Shown here one piece after another: positions 48,308 to 58,542 of a DNA stretch of 64,000 bases. The position numbers and the translations under genes are program-made. The notes below the pieces were generated by a model. It saw only the letters and a program-made list of their open reading frames with translations. It was not told the DNA's origin and searched no databases. Origin of the DNA: Candidatus Deferrimicrobiaceae bacterium (GTDB taxonomy: Bacteria > Desulfobacterota > Deferrimicrobia > Deferrimicrobiales > Deferrimicrobiaceae); contig CAWBVY010000006.1 of the NCBI GenBank assembly GCA_963792415.1, positions 288,001 to 352,000 on the forward strand, given 5' to 3'. Position 1 is the stretch's first letter, and each line of letters starts with the position of its first letter.

Positions 48308-48613
48308 TTATGCTGTTCCTCCTACCGGGAGATCCCGGAAGGCTTCGTCCGTGATGCGGTCCAATCTCGTCACCTGCATCCCCGATTGCGCTGCCGTCAA
48401 CCGGGCGAGGATCTCCGGGTTCTGCGTGTGGATTGAGTCCAGCAGCCCGCACAACTCCGGCAACTTCCCGGAGACGACTTGCGCGATGCTGCCGCCGCAG
48501 TCGAGCGAGATGATGATGGAGTGCCCGCTGTCGGGCGCGACGGTGCTGACGGTCCCATCCTTGTGTGTTATGACGATCTTCTCGATGGATTTATTTTTCG
48601 TCATGATTTGCAT
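48308..48613 (-). CDS. Hypothetical protein
   Basis: GAGGAAAGG RBS, 101 aa. Confidence 0.55.
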   Translation of the reverse strand: MQIMTKNKSIEKIVITHKDGTVSTVAPDSGHSIIISLDCGGSIAQVVSGKLPELCGLLDSIHTQNPEILARLTAAQSGMQVTRLDRITDEAFRDLPVGGTA

Positions 48614-48876
48614 CCTTTCCTCTCAATTTCTCGCGCTATTTGGATGCTCTGCTCATACTTATGGTTCCGCCTGCAGCAGAACCCGTCCCATCTATCGAAG
48701 AAGAACTCGATTGAGATGATGGAGCGGTTGTCGGACCGCAAGTGGCGCGAACCGCTCGGGCGGGACATCTTCGGAAGGAAGGAAGGAAGCGGAACAGCCC
48801 CCAAAATACCATGAGCGCCGTCTCTATCGCTGCCGCGACGATCAGGAGAGGAAATATAACGGTGGGTGGAAAACGA

Positions 48877-48908
48877 GGCGAGCCGTCGGCTTCAGCCTGT
48901 TGTTGGGC
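48877..48908 (-). mobile_element. Truncated attC (inverse-core half)
   Basis: minus strand GCCCAAC-aacaggctgaagccgacggctcgcc, near-identical to half of the 47531-47605 attC. Confidence 0.75.
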
Positions 48909-48955
48909 GGCAATTATTACGGCTTTGAAAAATTAGGGGCCGCATATTGACGACT

Positions 48956-49963
48956 CTAGGAAGCGATTATGCCTTGGCCAGAACTTAGTATTCGTGCGGC
49001 CTCTTCGGCCATTGTATGCACAATTTCTGCGGCTGGTTGGATACGGGACGCCAAACCGACGCTCTGTCCGGCATATAAACACATGGACTCCAACTGTCCG
49101 ATCGCACCCGGTTCCGGATAGGATGCTTCGTAGCGTCTTATTAAGTTTCCATCACCATAAGTTCCTATCACTTCGCTTTCATTTGGACGGTGGCCTCTCG
49201 GCGGATTTCCAGCTGCCTCCCATTGCTCAATCGTGTCATTACGCAGCGATCGATGGGGAGAATCGGGCCATCCAATGTCAAATAAAGTCGAATACACTGC
49301 ATCGGTTTCTGCGGCTTGTAAGAGCTTCTGTTGATATACAGTGTGAATTACAGCTTCTTCGCTCAACAAGAAGCGTGTACCCACCCATACGCCGGCTGCT
49401 CCCAGCATCAACGCGGCAGCAACACCGCGTCCATCAGCGATACCACCTGCGGCAATGACGGGTTTCGGGGCGACCGCATCCACCACGCGGGGCACCAACG
49501 GGAAGGTAGCCACCTTTCCCCATACATGTCCGCCCGCCTCCCAACCTTGAGCGACAAGAATGTCCACCCCTGCCTCACTGGCAAGGCAAGCCTCGGCTGC
49601 GCTTCCAATCGTGTGCATGACCAATGCCCCCGCAGCATGAACACGCTCGATATATTTTGATGAGTCACCATAGAAAAAAGAAATGATGGGCACGCCTTCT
49701 TCCAAACATATCGCCAGTCGTTCATCTTGCGGCCATGCCAACACCAGATTGACTCCGAAAGGACGACTGGTTAACGAACGGGTCTTGCGGATAACTTGGC
49801 GAGTGCTTTCCAGATCGCGCCATGTTGCGGACAGCATCCCTAACCCACCCGCATTGGAAACAGCCGCCGCCAATTCCGGACTTACGGCATTCGACATCGG
49901 GGCCAGGATGATCGGTATGTCGATATTCAGTAAACGAGTCAAGGAGGTCTGAAATTTCAGCAT
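48956..49963 (-). CDS. Nitronate monooxygenase family flavoprotein (integron cassette)
   Basis: AVSNAGGLG, QGWEAGGH, AAGGIADG; GTTGGGC core at 50004-50010. Confidence 0.9.
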   Translation of the reverse strand: MLKFQTSLTRLLNIDIPIILAPMSNAVSPELAAAVSNAGGLGMLSATWRDLESTRQVIRKTRSLTSRPFGVNLVLAWPQDERLAICLEEGVPIISFFYGDSSKYIERVHAAGALVMHTIGSAAEACLASEAGVDILVAQGWEAGGHVWGKVATFPLVPRVVDAVAPKPVIAAGGIADGRGVAAALMLGAAGVWVGTRFLLSEEAVIHTVYQQKLLQAAETDAVYSTLFDIGWPDSPHRSLRNDTIEQWEAAGNPPRGHRPNESEVIGTYGDGNLIRRYEASYPEPGAIGQLESMCLYAGQSVGLASRIQPAAEIVHTMAEEAARILSSGQGIIAS

Positions 49964-50047
49964 TGCGTGTATCCTTTCACGATAAAGGTGATTTTACGCA
50001 GCGGCCCAACGAAATTCAGACTGCCTGCTGGTCTGCCGAATTACCAA

Positions 50048-50145
50048 CCCGAAGGTCTTGATCCGAGACTCAACGACGAACGCTCCGGCTTAGCTGCGGG
50101 CACTCGGGAATTTCGCCATGTGAGCCGTCAGTTCCACGGCGATGA
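50048..50145 (-). mobile_element. Reverse att core adjoining a degenerate attC
   Basis: CCCGAAGGTC at 50048-50057; 50075-50145 aligns with the 47531 attC (AACGCT..GGCT.AGCTGCGGGC...GAGCCGTCAG). Confidence 0.6.
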
Positions 50146-50185
50146 CCCGATCGTGCCCAATCAATGTTGCTCGATCAAGCAAGGG

Positions 50186-51274
50186 TCAGGCTGCAAAACG
50201 GCGCACCGCGTCTTCGTTCCAGTCCACTCCTGTGCCGATGGCGTCGCCGACAATCGCCAAGCCCTTCTCGACCCGCAGCGGCTCCGCGAGGATGGGGTTC
50301 CACCAGTCCGCATATTCAAGCCAATGCGCCGTCGGAGTGCAACACAGGAGGCGCGCACTGATCTCCGGCCAGAGGTGGTTCGAAACGAGAATACCTTTCG
50401 CGTGCGCGAGCGTCGCGGCCCTGAGCCAGCCAGTCACTCCGCCAATCTTCATCACGTCGGGCATGACAAAATCAGATGCTTGCGCCTCGATGGCGTGCTG
50501 CATGTCCAGCGTTCCCCACCAGTTCTCTCCGCACTGGATTGGGGTTCGTGCCTCGCGCGCGACGAGCGCGTGCCCGGCGTAGTCGTGGGCGAGCGTCGGT
50601 TCTTCAACCCACGTGAGGCCTTCGTCGTCGAGAACCCGCAGTCGCTCTACGGCCTCTATCGGAGTGAGGCACTGGTTGTAGTCCACCATGATGGCCATGT
50701 CGTTACCAGCGGCCTTGCGCATGGCCCGCACAACGGCGACGTCCTCTTGCACAGTGGGGTAGCCGATCTTTGCTTTGATGCCCGTGAACCCTTGCGTCGC
50801 CCAACGTTCGGCGGCCTTCGCGCAACCTTCCACGCCATCGTACCCGACTGCACCGTAGGGGCGCACGGGCTTCTCCACCCCGCCCAGCAACCGCACCAGC
50901 GGCATGCCGTGAACGCGGGCCAGCGCATCCCACAGTGCCATGTCTATCGCAGCGAGCGCGATACCGACAAGGCCTTGCGTCCCAAGCAAGCGGAATCGCT
51001 TGGCGAGTCTTTGCTCGATATCGGCAGGAGCCAGCACTTCACCTTTCACCAGGGCCTCAAAATTCCGAATCAACTCGGCAGTCGGCTTGAGCGCGGCGGG
51101 CGTGTAGGTGAACACGATGCTGTGCCCGCTGATTCCGGTATCGGTGACAACGTCCGTCAAGACCAGGGGCGACTCGGTAATCACGCCGCCCGCGGTCCGA
51201 TGGGGTTCCGTCATTGGCACGCGGACCGCCCGCACTCTGAAGCCTTGAATCGTCGGCGACGAATCCCCCGGCAT
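50186..51274 (-). CDS. Mandelate racemase (enolase superfamily)
   Basis: KAKIG, VDYNQ, WVEEP, GENW, MPDVMKIGGVTGW, AHWLE. Confidence 0.9.
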   Translation of the reverse strand: MPGDSSPTIQGFRVRAVRVPMTEPHRTAGGVITESPLVLTDVVTDTGISGHSIVFTYTPAALKPTAELIRNFEALVKGEVLAPADIEQRLAKRFRLLGTQGLVGIALAAIDMALWDALARVHGMPLVRLLGGVEKPVRPYGAVGYDGVEGCAKAAERWATQGFTGIKAKIGYPTVQEDVAVVRAMRKAAGNDMAIMVDYNQCLTPIEAVERLRVLDDEGLTWVEEPTLAHDYAGHALVAREARTPIQCGENWWGTLDMQHAIEAQASDFVMPDVMKIGGVTGWLRAATLAHAKGILVSNHLWPEISARLLCCTPTAHWLEYADWWNPILAEPLRVEKGLAIVGDAIGTGVDWNEDAVRRFAA

Positions 51275-51513
51275 ATTCTCCTCCTCAGATCAGTACGCCC
51301 AATGCTCCTGCTTGGCAGCGGGATTATGGTCTTTTCTTGGGGTAGTTGATAACTCCAATTCCCGTTATTCGAAACACTTGGTTTCACATTGTAGTGGAAT
51401 ATCGATTCCTGCGGGGAAGGAGATGGGGGGGTATCGGCGGAGCAGATTTTTTCCTGCCGGACTTATACATCGCTTTTAGAATTGTTCATTGTCGCTCGAT
51501 TGAAACTCGGGAG

Positions 51514-53142
51514 TCACCCGGGCCGTCTGGGCAAATTTTTGAATAACGCCTTCCCCCGATCGGTCCATCCGTCAAGTGAAGCCCCGGCGGTTGCCGTCAT
51601 CACGACCACCCCGAAATCGCTTACAAGAGACCACACGATCCACCAAAAGGGAGATCGATCAGGATTCGGCATGAATGGATAAAAGGGACCGAGGAAAATC
51701 CCGGAAAACAGAAAAACCAACACCGCGAACCCCAGAGCACGCGGTCCGGCCGATCCCCTCTTCCGTGCCGAGAATCCGGCAGCCAGAGCAGCCGCCGGGC
51801 TAACCGGCGGCATGATCATCTCGATCCGATTATAGCCACCTGAACCAAAGAACAGGAATGCGCAATTCGCCGTCGTCAAGACCGCAATGGCAACCGTTCC
51901 CACAGCAATTCCATAGAGGGATGAGTCAAGAAAGCCGACTCCCGGCTTTTCATTCGATACCGTGGTATCCTCTGTCGGCGTTCCCGGAAAGACGGGTAGG
52001 CCACGGGGTGCATCGCCCTCCTCCGCCTCCTCTCCCTCCATGACCCCGGGAAGAATCCCGTCCCCCATCCCCGCCAGCAGTTCGATCCGCTGACGGACAG
52101 TAGGATGGGCGGACCATATTCCTTCCCACCACCTCCCTGACCCCGGCGGATCAACGATGAACAGGTGAGCCATTGCATGGGATCCCCTCAATGATCCTTT
52201 CCCCGTTCCGGCGATCTTCGCCAGCGCCGAGGCCAGGGAGGGTGGATTCAGGGTCAAACGCGCCGCGTCCGCGTCCGCGAGCAACTCCCGCTGACGGGAA
52301 ATGGCCAGCGGAAACAGCAATCCGATCACGGGCGCGACGAAGAAAGCGTAGAGGACCACGCCGGCCTGAACCAGCACCCAGGTGCGCAACTGACCGGTCG
52401 GATCGAGTTCGTCAAAGCTCGAAAGGCCTCCCGCGTAGTAGAAAGACAGCAGGAACATCTGGCCGACAAAGAAAAGGGCACCGGCACCCAGCAGCCAGTG
52501 AACGTGGTACAGGAAACGGATCGGGGCGGTCAGCAACCGGAACGGCAGCCGCAGGATGGCCCCCATCGCCGCAACCATCGTGTTCAACCGTATATCCTGG
52601 TTCCCGATGTGCGAGATTTCATGGGCAAGGACCCCCTCCAGTTCCCGGGGGGTCAGGAGGGACAGCAGCCCCCGGGTGACCACGATCGAGGAGCGATCTG
52701 GGATAAGGCCAACGGAAAAGGCGTTGGGAACTTCCGTCTCGACGACGTATAGCTTCGGGAGGGGCAGTCCGGTGCCAATGCAAAGGTCCTCCACGGTATC
52801 CCACAGTCTCTTCTCCCGGTCGCGTCCCAGCGGCCTGGCCTTTGCCATCCGCAACGCGAGCCGGTCCGCATAACGGTACTGGACGTACAGCGCCGCCGCC
52901 AGAAGAACCGGGGTTATGGCCCCCGCAAGCACCAAATATGCAGTGAGTCCTTTGCGGGCTTCCTGCATGAAATCCATCAGGCCGGGCAGGAACATCACGA
53001 ACCAGATGGGGAGATAGGAGGAGAACCACCCGACGACCGGAAGCAGCGCCAATCCGAAGATTCCGAGCATGAGACGAGTGTTCCTGCGGTTCGCGTCGAT
53101 CCTGTCGAAGACGACCACTCTACGCGGCGCGGTCCCGGGCAT
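51514..53142 (-). CDS. M48/HtpX-family membrane Zn protease with extra C-terminal TM domain
   Basis: PNAF, AHEISH, RELLADA, AHP. Confidence 0.85.
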   Translation of the reverse strand: MPGTAPRRVVVFDRIDANRRNTRLMLGIFGLALLPVVGWFSSYLPIWFVMFLPGLMDFMQEARKGLTAYLVLAGAITPVLLAAALYVQYRYADRLALRMAKARPLGRDREKRLWDTVEDLCIGTGLPLPKLYVVETEVPNAFSVGLIPDRSSIVVTRGLLSLLTPRELEGVLAHEISHIGNQDIRLNTMVAAMGAILRLPFRLLTAPIRFLYHVHWLLGAGALFFVGQMFLLSFYYAGGLSSFDELDPTGQLRTWVLVQAGVVLYAFFVAPVIGLLFPLAISRQRELLADADAARLTLNPPSLASALAKIAGTGKGSLRGSHAMAHLFIVDPPGSGRWWEGIWSAHPTVRQRIELLAGMGDGILPGVMEGEEAEEGDAPRGLPVFPGTPTEDTTVSNEKPGVGFLDSSLYGIAVGTVAIAVLTTANCAFLFFGSGGYNRIEMIMPPVSPAAALAAGFSARKRGSAGPRALGFAVLVFLFSGIFLGPFYPFMPNPDRSPFWWIVWSLVSDFGVVVMTATAGASLDGWTDRGKALFKNLPRRPG

Positions 53143-53664
53143 GGCGGGAATCCTCACGGGGCTTCGGACAGTGCTCGGGTCCCCGTTTGTCCAGAGTAGT
53201 GGAAAAAAAGACGGGGGAAAACAACAAACCAACCAGGCGGCGCTGACCGCCCGCCTGAAACTTCTCCAACCGCACAAGGGGTTTCTCCCTGAGGTGGTCC
53301 AGTCCTCAACAATCGAAACCGAATCAATGAAAAGATTCCGCCCCAATGTCTTCCGCATGAACGGACGGAAATCCAGTCACCAACTTCATTAAGCGGAGAT
53401 GGAGCAATCATCACCCGATATCCTTATAGGCATAGGCAAAATCCGAGTCGAAAGAATGATTACATTGTCTTTGCGGTCCGTGCGGACTCTGACGGAATTC
53501 CCTCTACACAGAAGGAAGGGTTGGGAGGAGCAGGTCAAGGCTCTTGGCCGATCTTTCTTCGCCTCTTCGTGATTCCCGGAATCCAGCGGAATCGGGAATC
53601 CCATTAACGGCAGGGAGAATCCAAGCCTTAACTCCTGCACTGAAAAGGAGAAGAGGAGGTTTTT

Positions 53665-53850
53665 ATGGCGAAGGTCATAAGTTGTCGGGACGCGGGCGTG
53701 GATTGTGATTTCGTGGCTCGGGGGGAGACGGAAGAGGAACTGTTTCGTAACGCCTTTGAGCACGGAAGGAAATTCCACGGCATGAAGGAAATTCCAAAAG
53801 ACCTCCAGGAAAAGATGCGAACGCTCATTCGGGAGGAGAAAGCGGCGTAG
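53665..53850 (+). CDS. DUF1059 small protein
   Basis: CRDAGVDCDFVARGETEEEL...HG. Confidence 0.85.
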   Translation: MAKVISCRDAGVDCDFVARGETEEELFRNAFEHGRKFHGMKEIPKDLQEKMRTLIREEKAA

Positions 53851-53888
53851 GAGAGGCCCGGCGAAAACGATCACGCCTTCCTTCAAGC

Positions 53889-53918
53889 AAGGGCCCGGGG
53901 TACTTCACGGGCCCTTTT
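53889..53918 (+). terminator. Rho-independent terminator
   Basis: AAGGGCCCG...CGGGCCCTTTT. Confidence 0.6.
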
Positions 53919-54003
53919 CTCAAAATCGAGCCGGAAACATTACGCCCGGAAGGTTCAAGTCCCCTCCCGGCAGTGATACCCCTCTTCCCGCCTTCCCCGT
54001 CGT

Positions 54004-54582
54004 CTATTTCGGGGGGATCGGGGCCGGCACCATGTTGCGGACGGGGGGAAGGGACATGAGATAGGCGAACATGGCTTTCAGGTCTTTGTCGCTCGCCTGC
54101 TGGATGCCCTGCCAAGGCATTGGAGGCAACAAGGGGCGACCACCGGGTGTTTTTCCCGTCCGAAGGGATTTGATGAATGTATCCTCTGTCCATGCGCCGA
54201 TTCCGGTTTCCTTGTCGGGGGTGAGGTTCGACGCGAAGCTGATTCCCCAGGGACCAGCCCAACCGGTCAGGTCGTTGGTGCACAAACCGCCCCAGGAGTT
54301 CGGCCCGATGACGCCCTCCGGGATTGCGGGAACCTTCTCCGAAGAAGGGAATCCTGAAAGAAGCCGCTTCGTGTCCAGTGCGGGACCTTTCCCGGTCATC
54401 ACTTTCGGCGTGTGACAGTCGTGGCACCCTCCGAGGGTCATCAGATATTTTCCACGTGCAAGGGTCGCAGAAACGGGCTTCGACGCAGGATCCTTCCCCA
54501 TCAGGGGCTCCGCCGCCAGTGCGCTCGCAACGAAGCAACATGCCAACACCGGCACACCGATAAATTTCCGCAGCGTGTTCAC
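54004..54582 (-). CDS. Periplasmic c-type cytochrome
   Basis: signal peptide, GCHDCHTP, NLTPDKETGIG, LPPMPW. Confidence 0.88.
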   Translation of the reverse strand: MNTLRKFIGVPVLACCFVASALAAEPLMGKDPASKPVSATLARGKYLMTLGGCHDCHTPKVMTGKGPALDTKRLLSGFPSSEKVPAIPEGVIGPNSWGGLCTNDLTGWAGPWGISFASNLTPDKETGIGAWTEDTFIKSLRTGKTPGGRPLLPPMPWQGIQQASDKDLKAMFAYLMSLPPVRNMVPAPIPPK

Positions 54583-54660
54583 CCCGCACCTCCTCGCGAT
54601 GATGTTCGCCCTATGGAGTAACGCTCTCCGTTTGTGGGGTGTATGTCAAAATAAATGCGC

Positions 54661-54748
54661 AAAGGAAATCCAGCGTCAACCGCGTATCCGAAGAACCCCT
54701 TTTTCACCCCGAAAAAGCGAGTTGTTTGCACGGGGTTTGCAGTCCGTT
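54661..54748 (-). repeat. R2 promoter-like module copy
   Basis: AAAGGAAATCCAGCGTCAACCGCG...CCGAAAAAG...GGTTTGCAGTCCG; homologous to 7888-7976. Confidence 0.65.
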
Positions 54749-54814
54749 TGGCTTACCCTTTTAATAACCGAGGTACGTCCGTACGATTTTCACACGAAAA
54801 TACGGGTGGACCGT

Positions 54815-55183
54815 TCATTGAATCTCCATGGGCGTCACGAGCTGGAAATAATTATTGTCCGGATCGGCGAAGGTCGCGATCATCATTTTCGGATCTTCCT
54901 CCGGAGGGTAAGGCTCCGCGACTACCGCTGCCCCGAGCTTTTTGATTCTTTCGAATTCTCCCTCTACATCCTTGGTCTCGAAATTGAACATCATCCTTTC
55001 GGGGTTCGCGTTCCTGCCTTGGATTTTGTCATGCGGGCCAACAATGATGAATCCCTTGCCGACCATGAATCCGTTGTAATCGCCTTCCGACCACTCGGGA
55101 TCCTTCTGAAAAACCCGCTTGTAAAAATCCGCGAGTTTTTTTGGATCCTTCGAAAAAACCAGGATGGAATTGAAATCCAACAT
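54815..55183 (-). CDS. VOC/glyoxalase family protein
   Basis: LADFYKRVF...FADPDNNYFQL. Confidence 0.85.
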   Translation of the reverse strand: MLDFNSILVFSKDPKKLADFYKRVFQKDPEWSEGDYNGFMVGKGFIIVGPHDKIQGRNANPERMMFNFETKDVEGEFERIKKLGAAVVAEPYPPEEDPKMMIATFADPDNNYFQLVTPMEIQ

Positions 55184-55351
55184 GATCTTCACCCCCTTTT
55201 CACATTTTGATGCGTCGAGAACACGGCATCGTTTCCCCCGCCGGGGATTTGTCCGCTGCAAGCAGTGGGATCAGATTGCGAATGCCCGCTGCCATCCCCG
55301 CATCTAATTACCAACGAGATGTGCGGTCAGTCAGAGAGGGAGGGCAATCCC

Positions 55352-55684
55352 ATGGAACTTTCGGATAAGCGGTGCGTTCCATGCCGGGGAGGAGTTCCGG
55401 TGTTGGGAGCGGAGGAGGCGGAAAGGCTGGTTGCCCAGGTCCCCGGTTGGTCTCTCGAGGAGGATGCAAAAGGTATCCGCCGGGAATTCCGGTTCCGGAA
55501 TTTTGCAGAGGCAATGATGTTCTCCAGGCAGGTCGGAGAACTCGCGGAGGTCGAGGGGCACCACCCGGATCTGTCCATCGGTTGGGGTTACTGCACGGTA
55601 CGGTTCCGGACCCACGCGATCGGGGGTTTGCACGAAAACGATTTCATCATGGCGGCCAAAGTGAACCGCCTTGTCCCCTCTTAG
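55352..55684 (+). CDS. phhB: Pterin-4-alpha-carbinolamine dehydratase
   Basis: CVPCRGG, EGHHPDL, THAIGGLHENDFIMAAK. Confidence 0.9.
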   Translation: MELSDKRCVPCRGGVPVLGAEEAERLVAQVPGWSLEEDAKGIRREFRFRNFAEAMMFSRQVGELAEVEGHHPDLSIGWGYCTVRFRTHAIGGLHENDFIMAAKVNRLVPS

Positions 55685-55776
55685 GCCTCCCCTTCCTGGT
55701 CCCAATCCCCAACAGGGCATTGAATTCCAGACAAGAAAAAGGGGGTCACGATTTCTCGTAACCCCCTGATTTTATA

Positions 55777-55813
55777 TGGTAGCTTGGCCAGGATTTGAAC
55801 CTGGGACCTTCGG
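55777..55813 (-). pseudogene. Degenerate 3' half of initiator tRNA-Met (att scar)
   Basis: minus strand CCGAAGGTC-CCAGG-TTCAAAT-CCTGG-CCAAGCT-A-CCA followed by terminator-like hairpin 55741-55766; no 5' half. Confidence 0.75.
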
Positions 55814-56056
55814 CTAGAGTTGTTCCTTTCTCAGAAATTTTCCGTTTGCCGCATCGAATTTATAGAATGAATCCCCTTCCTGAACCGTCCATTCGGCGTT
55901 GGTTTTCTTGCCGAGGGACATCTTCGTTCCGTACTTGTTGGGCTTTAGTCCGTTTTTTTTCGCCTCGGTCATGATCTTGTTGCTGTCCGCGAATTCACCG
56001 ACGGGATGAAGATCAATTAAAGGATTCGCCTGGATCCACTCAGTGAGGTTCTCTGT
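55814..56056 (-). pseudogene. 5'-truncated gene remnant (about 80 codons)
   Basis: open frame TENLTEWIQANPL...FDAANGKFLRKEQL* with no start; its stop abuts the tRNA remnant. Confidence 0.5.
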
Positions 56057-56057
56057 T

Positions 56058-56528
56058 TCACCTTTTCTTTTCCTTCTTGGGTGGCGTGCAAACCTCTTCT
56101 AACAGTGCATCATTTGCGGTTTCTGGTTCAATATTCTCCCATTTCGCGGGAGAAATGAATTTTTTATACTCATCTTTCATGGATATATAATTAAATTCGA
56201 TAGTTTTCATTAAATGAGCGCTGCAGTCTATTTCTAATAATGCCGTTGCTTCCTTATAAATACGTGTATCTTTTTTATCGTTAACTGGTTCTCCGAATTT
56301 TATCCACACCTTTACATTGTTGTTTCTTTTTATTATACTTTTAGTATCGTAAAAATATATCGTATCATCAATAAAATCTATTGCATAATTATTCCATCTG
56401 CTACGATCAGGAGAAAAGCCATATACAACATTATCTTCTATCGTATTGTCGGTACTTTTCGACATTGCCATGGCGTGCAGGAAGATTAAAAATAGGAAAA
56501 AAAATATCAAAAGCCCTGCGCGTCTCAA
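56058..56528 (-). CDS. Surface-adhesin-E-like secreted protein (AT-rich)
   Basis: YFYDTKSI, KVWIK, EIDC, WENIEPET...VC; TTG start with CAGGAG RBS. Confidence 0.7.
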   Translation of the reverse strand: MRRAGLLIFFFLFLIFLHAMAMSKSTDNTIEDNVVYGFSPDRSRWNNYAIDFIDDTIYFYDTKSIIKRNNNVKVWIKFGEPVNDKKDTRIYKEATALLEIDCSAHLMKTIEFNYISMKDEYKKFISPAKWENIEPETANDALLEEVCTPPKKEKKR

Positions 56529-56703
56529 AATCGTCTCCTGTCCCTCAGCCCATTTCAACAGCAAGACTTCGAACTGCCACCAGAACATCTCAAAAGATGA
56601 AAACCCCACTTCCAAGTTCGATACACTTACAAAAACATTTCGTATTCTCATCGGCAATACCACGGGACTTCTTCAACAGTTCCGGCTCGCCCCGGATGTA
56701 AGG

Positions 56704-56842
56704 CGACCTGATCCCCGATTTTAGGCCAACTGGACGCGGGGATTTTCGCTTGGTCACAAGACGGTCACAAACTTCAATCGAGGATTGGAAATTCTTTCAG
56801 CCAAGAGAACTTATTGGAATCGACCTTCGGGGTGCGCCCCGG
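56704..56842 (+). repeat. att-like module copy B
   Basis: aligns end to end with copy A; GGTCACAAG/GGTCACAAA at 56752/56763; GACCTTCGGG 56822-56831. Confidence 0.82.
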
Positions 56843-56859
56843 GGATGATCCGTTACCCC

Positions 56860-57606
56860 CTACCCCATTCGCCGCTGGACCGCCTCCCAGGATTTTGTAA
56901 TGAGAAAACTCTCGTCCATGTTGTTGATCATGGCGGCGAACTTGTTCATCGGCATGGCGAAGCTCAGCGTCGAGCCTGGGACAAAGGGCCTGGCGGAAAC
57001 GTCGAACATCCCGAGAACGGCCCTCGGGTGGGACGCACCGATCTCGAGGAAAGGGAATTTCACGATGGAGCCGCAGCCAGCGCAGAAAGGGCAAACCACG
57101 GCATTCAGGTCGGCCTCTTCGAAGCCGGCCAGCGTGTAGAGTCCCGAAAGAACATCCGGAGGGGCGAAGAAGACGGCCACCTGAGGTGCATCGGCTTCCC
57201 GCAGTCTGTCCCATCTCTTGAAAACGATGTGGCGGGCCGGCGCCGTGAAGGAAGGCGAACGCGCTTCGAACTCCTTCACCAGCTCGGGAGATTTTTTGTA
57301 CCGTATGCCCTCCAGCATCCCCGGGATGCCGCACGAGAGAAAGTGTTCGAAATCCGGAGGGACGCCCTGCGTGAAGCCCAGGTAGCGCTTCCCACCGCTG
57401 CAGCCGATCGCAGCAACGTCGAACAGCAGGCTTTCCCCCTTGCGGATCTTCGCAAGGTCCGCGATAAAGCACCGGTGGCCTTTCGCCGGCTCCGCCCGAA
57501 CGGCCGCCCCTTCATCGTCGGTATACCAGCAGGTGATGGGCAGCTCGGCACCGCCGAAATATCTCTTCCACCGATCCAGGAAGTCTTCTTTGAGTCTCAT
57601 GTCCAT
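56860..57606 (-). CDS. DUF169 protein
   Basis: IGCSGGKRYLGF, PFCAGCGSI, GMFDVSARP. Confidence 0.88.
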   Translation of the reverse strand: MDMRLKEDFLDRWKRYFGGAELPITCWYTDDEGAAVRAEPAKGHRCFIADLAKIRKGESLLFDVAAIGCSGGKRYLGFTQGVPPDFEHFLSCGIPGMLEGIRYKKSPELVKEFEARSPSFTAPARHIVFKRWDRLREADAPQVAVFFAPPDVLSGLYTLAGFEEADLNAVVCPFCAGCGSIVKFPFLEIGASHPRAVLGMFDVSARPFVPGSTLSFAMPMNKFAAMINNMDESFLITKSWEAVQRRMG

Positions 57607-57724
57607 ATTCCCTCCTCCTCCATCAATGCATCGAAGCGGAGATGAACGGAAAATGCATTACCACCCATAGGGTACAATGGAATCACTCAATGTCGGCGTG
57701 GGAACTCACGAGGGGGAAATACCC

Positions 57725-58300
57725 ATGAAGAAGTCCTTTGGCGCAAAGACGCTTGCATTCCCCACCCCGGTTTGGGTGGTGGGGACTTATGACCGGAATG
57801 GAAAACCAAACGTGATGACTGCGGCATGGGGCGGAATCTGCTGTTCCAGCCCTCCATGTTTGGCCGTCTCGCTCCGGAAGGCCACCTACACATACGGGAA
57901 CATCGTGGAGCGGAAGGCATTCACGATCAGCGTCCCCTCCGAGAGCCATGCCCGGGAGGCGGATTACATCGGCATGGTTTCAGGAAAGAACGTAGACAAG
58001 TTCGTTGCCGCCAAGCTCACCCCCGTCCGGGGCTCCCTTGTGGACGCGCCGTATATCGGGGAGTTTCCCCTCGTCATCGAATGTCGACTTCTCCATACCA
58101 TCGAGATCGGCCTGCACACCCAGTTCGTCGGGGAAATCCTGGATGTCAAAGCGGAAGATTCCGTCTGCGACGAGAAGGGATTTGTCGATATCGAAAAAGT
58201 GAAGCCGATCCTCTTCGCTCCGGAGATCAATACCTACCACGGGGTCGGCAGGCTTCTTGGTCACGCCTTCTCTATCGGAAAGGATATTCGAGCGAGGTAG
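57725..58300 (+). CDS. Flavin reductase-like protein (flavoredoxin)
   Basis: [28 protein letters not shown]. Confidence 0.9.
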   Translation: MKKSFGAKTLAFPTPVWVVGTYDRNGKPNVMTAAWGGICCSSPPCLAVSLRKATYTYGNIVERKAFTISVPSESHAREADYIGMVSGKNVDKFVAAKLTPVRGSLVDAPYIGEFPLVIECRLLHTIEIGLHTQFVGEILDVKAEDSVCDEKGFVDIEKVKPILFAPEINTYHGVGRLLGHAFSIGKDIRAR

Positions 58301-58346
58301 GCTTCAACGAAGGGACCGCTCGGTCAATCCCTGAGGATAGGATGCT

Positions 58347-58478
58347 TCACCTGCCCGTCATGGGTGGCGGCAATTCCATCATCTGGATCTCCCACTCGTC
58401 CCGGGAACGGCCATAACGGAGGATGTAGCGGGCGCCGTCGGAACCGTCGAGCTTTACGCACTCGTGGTCCTCCCCCCG
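58347..58478 (-). pseudogene. 3' remnant of the 18559..18798 paralog
   Basis: RGEDHECVKLDGSDGARYILRYGRSRDEWEIQMME, near-identical DNA. Confidence 0.8.
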
Positions 58479-58542
58479 CCTTTGGCTCCCTTCGGCTCCA
58501 TCGCCGCCGCACGCCAAGCGGCTTGAGACGGCGGAGGCAGAT

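Noticed and set aside
55777-55813. Functional tRNA gene
   Set aside because: D-arm, anticodon loop and 5' acceptor strand are absent
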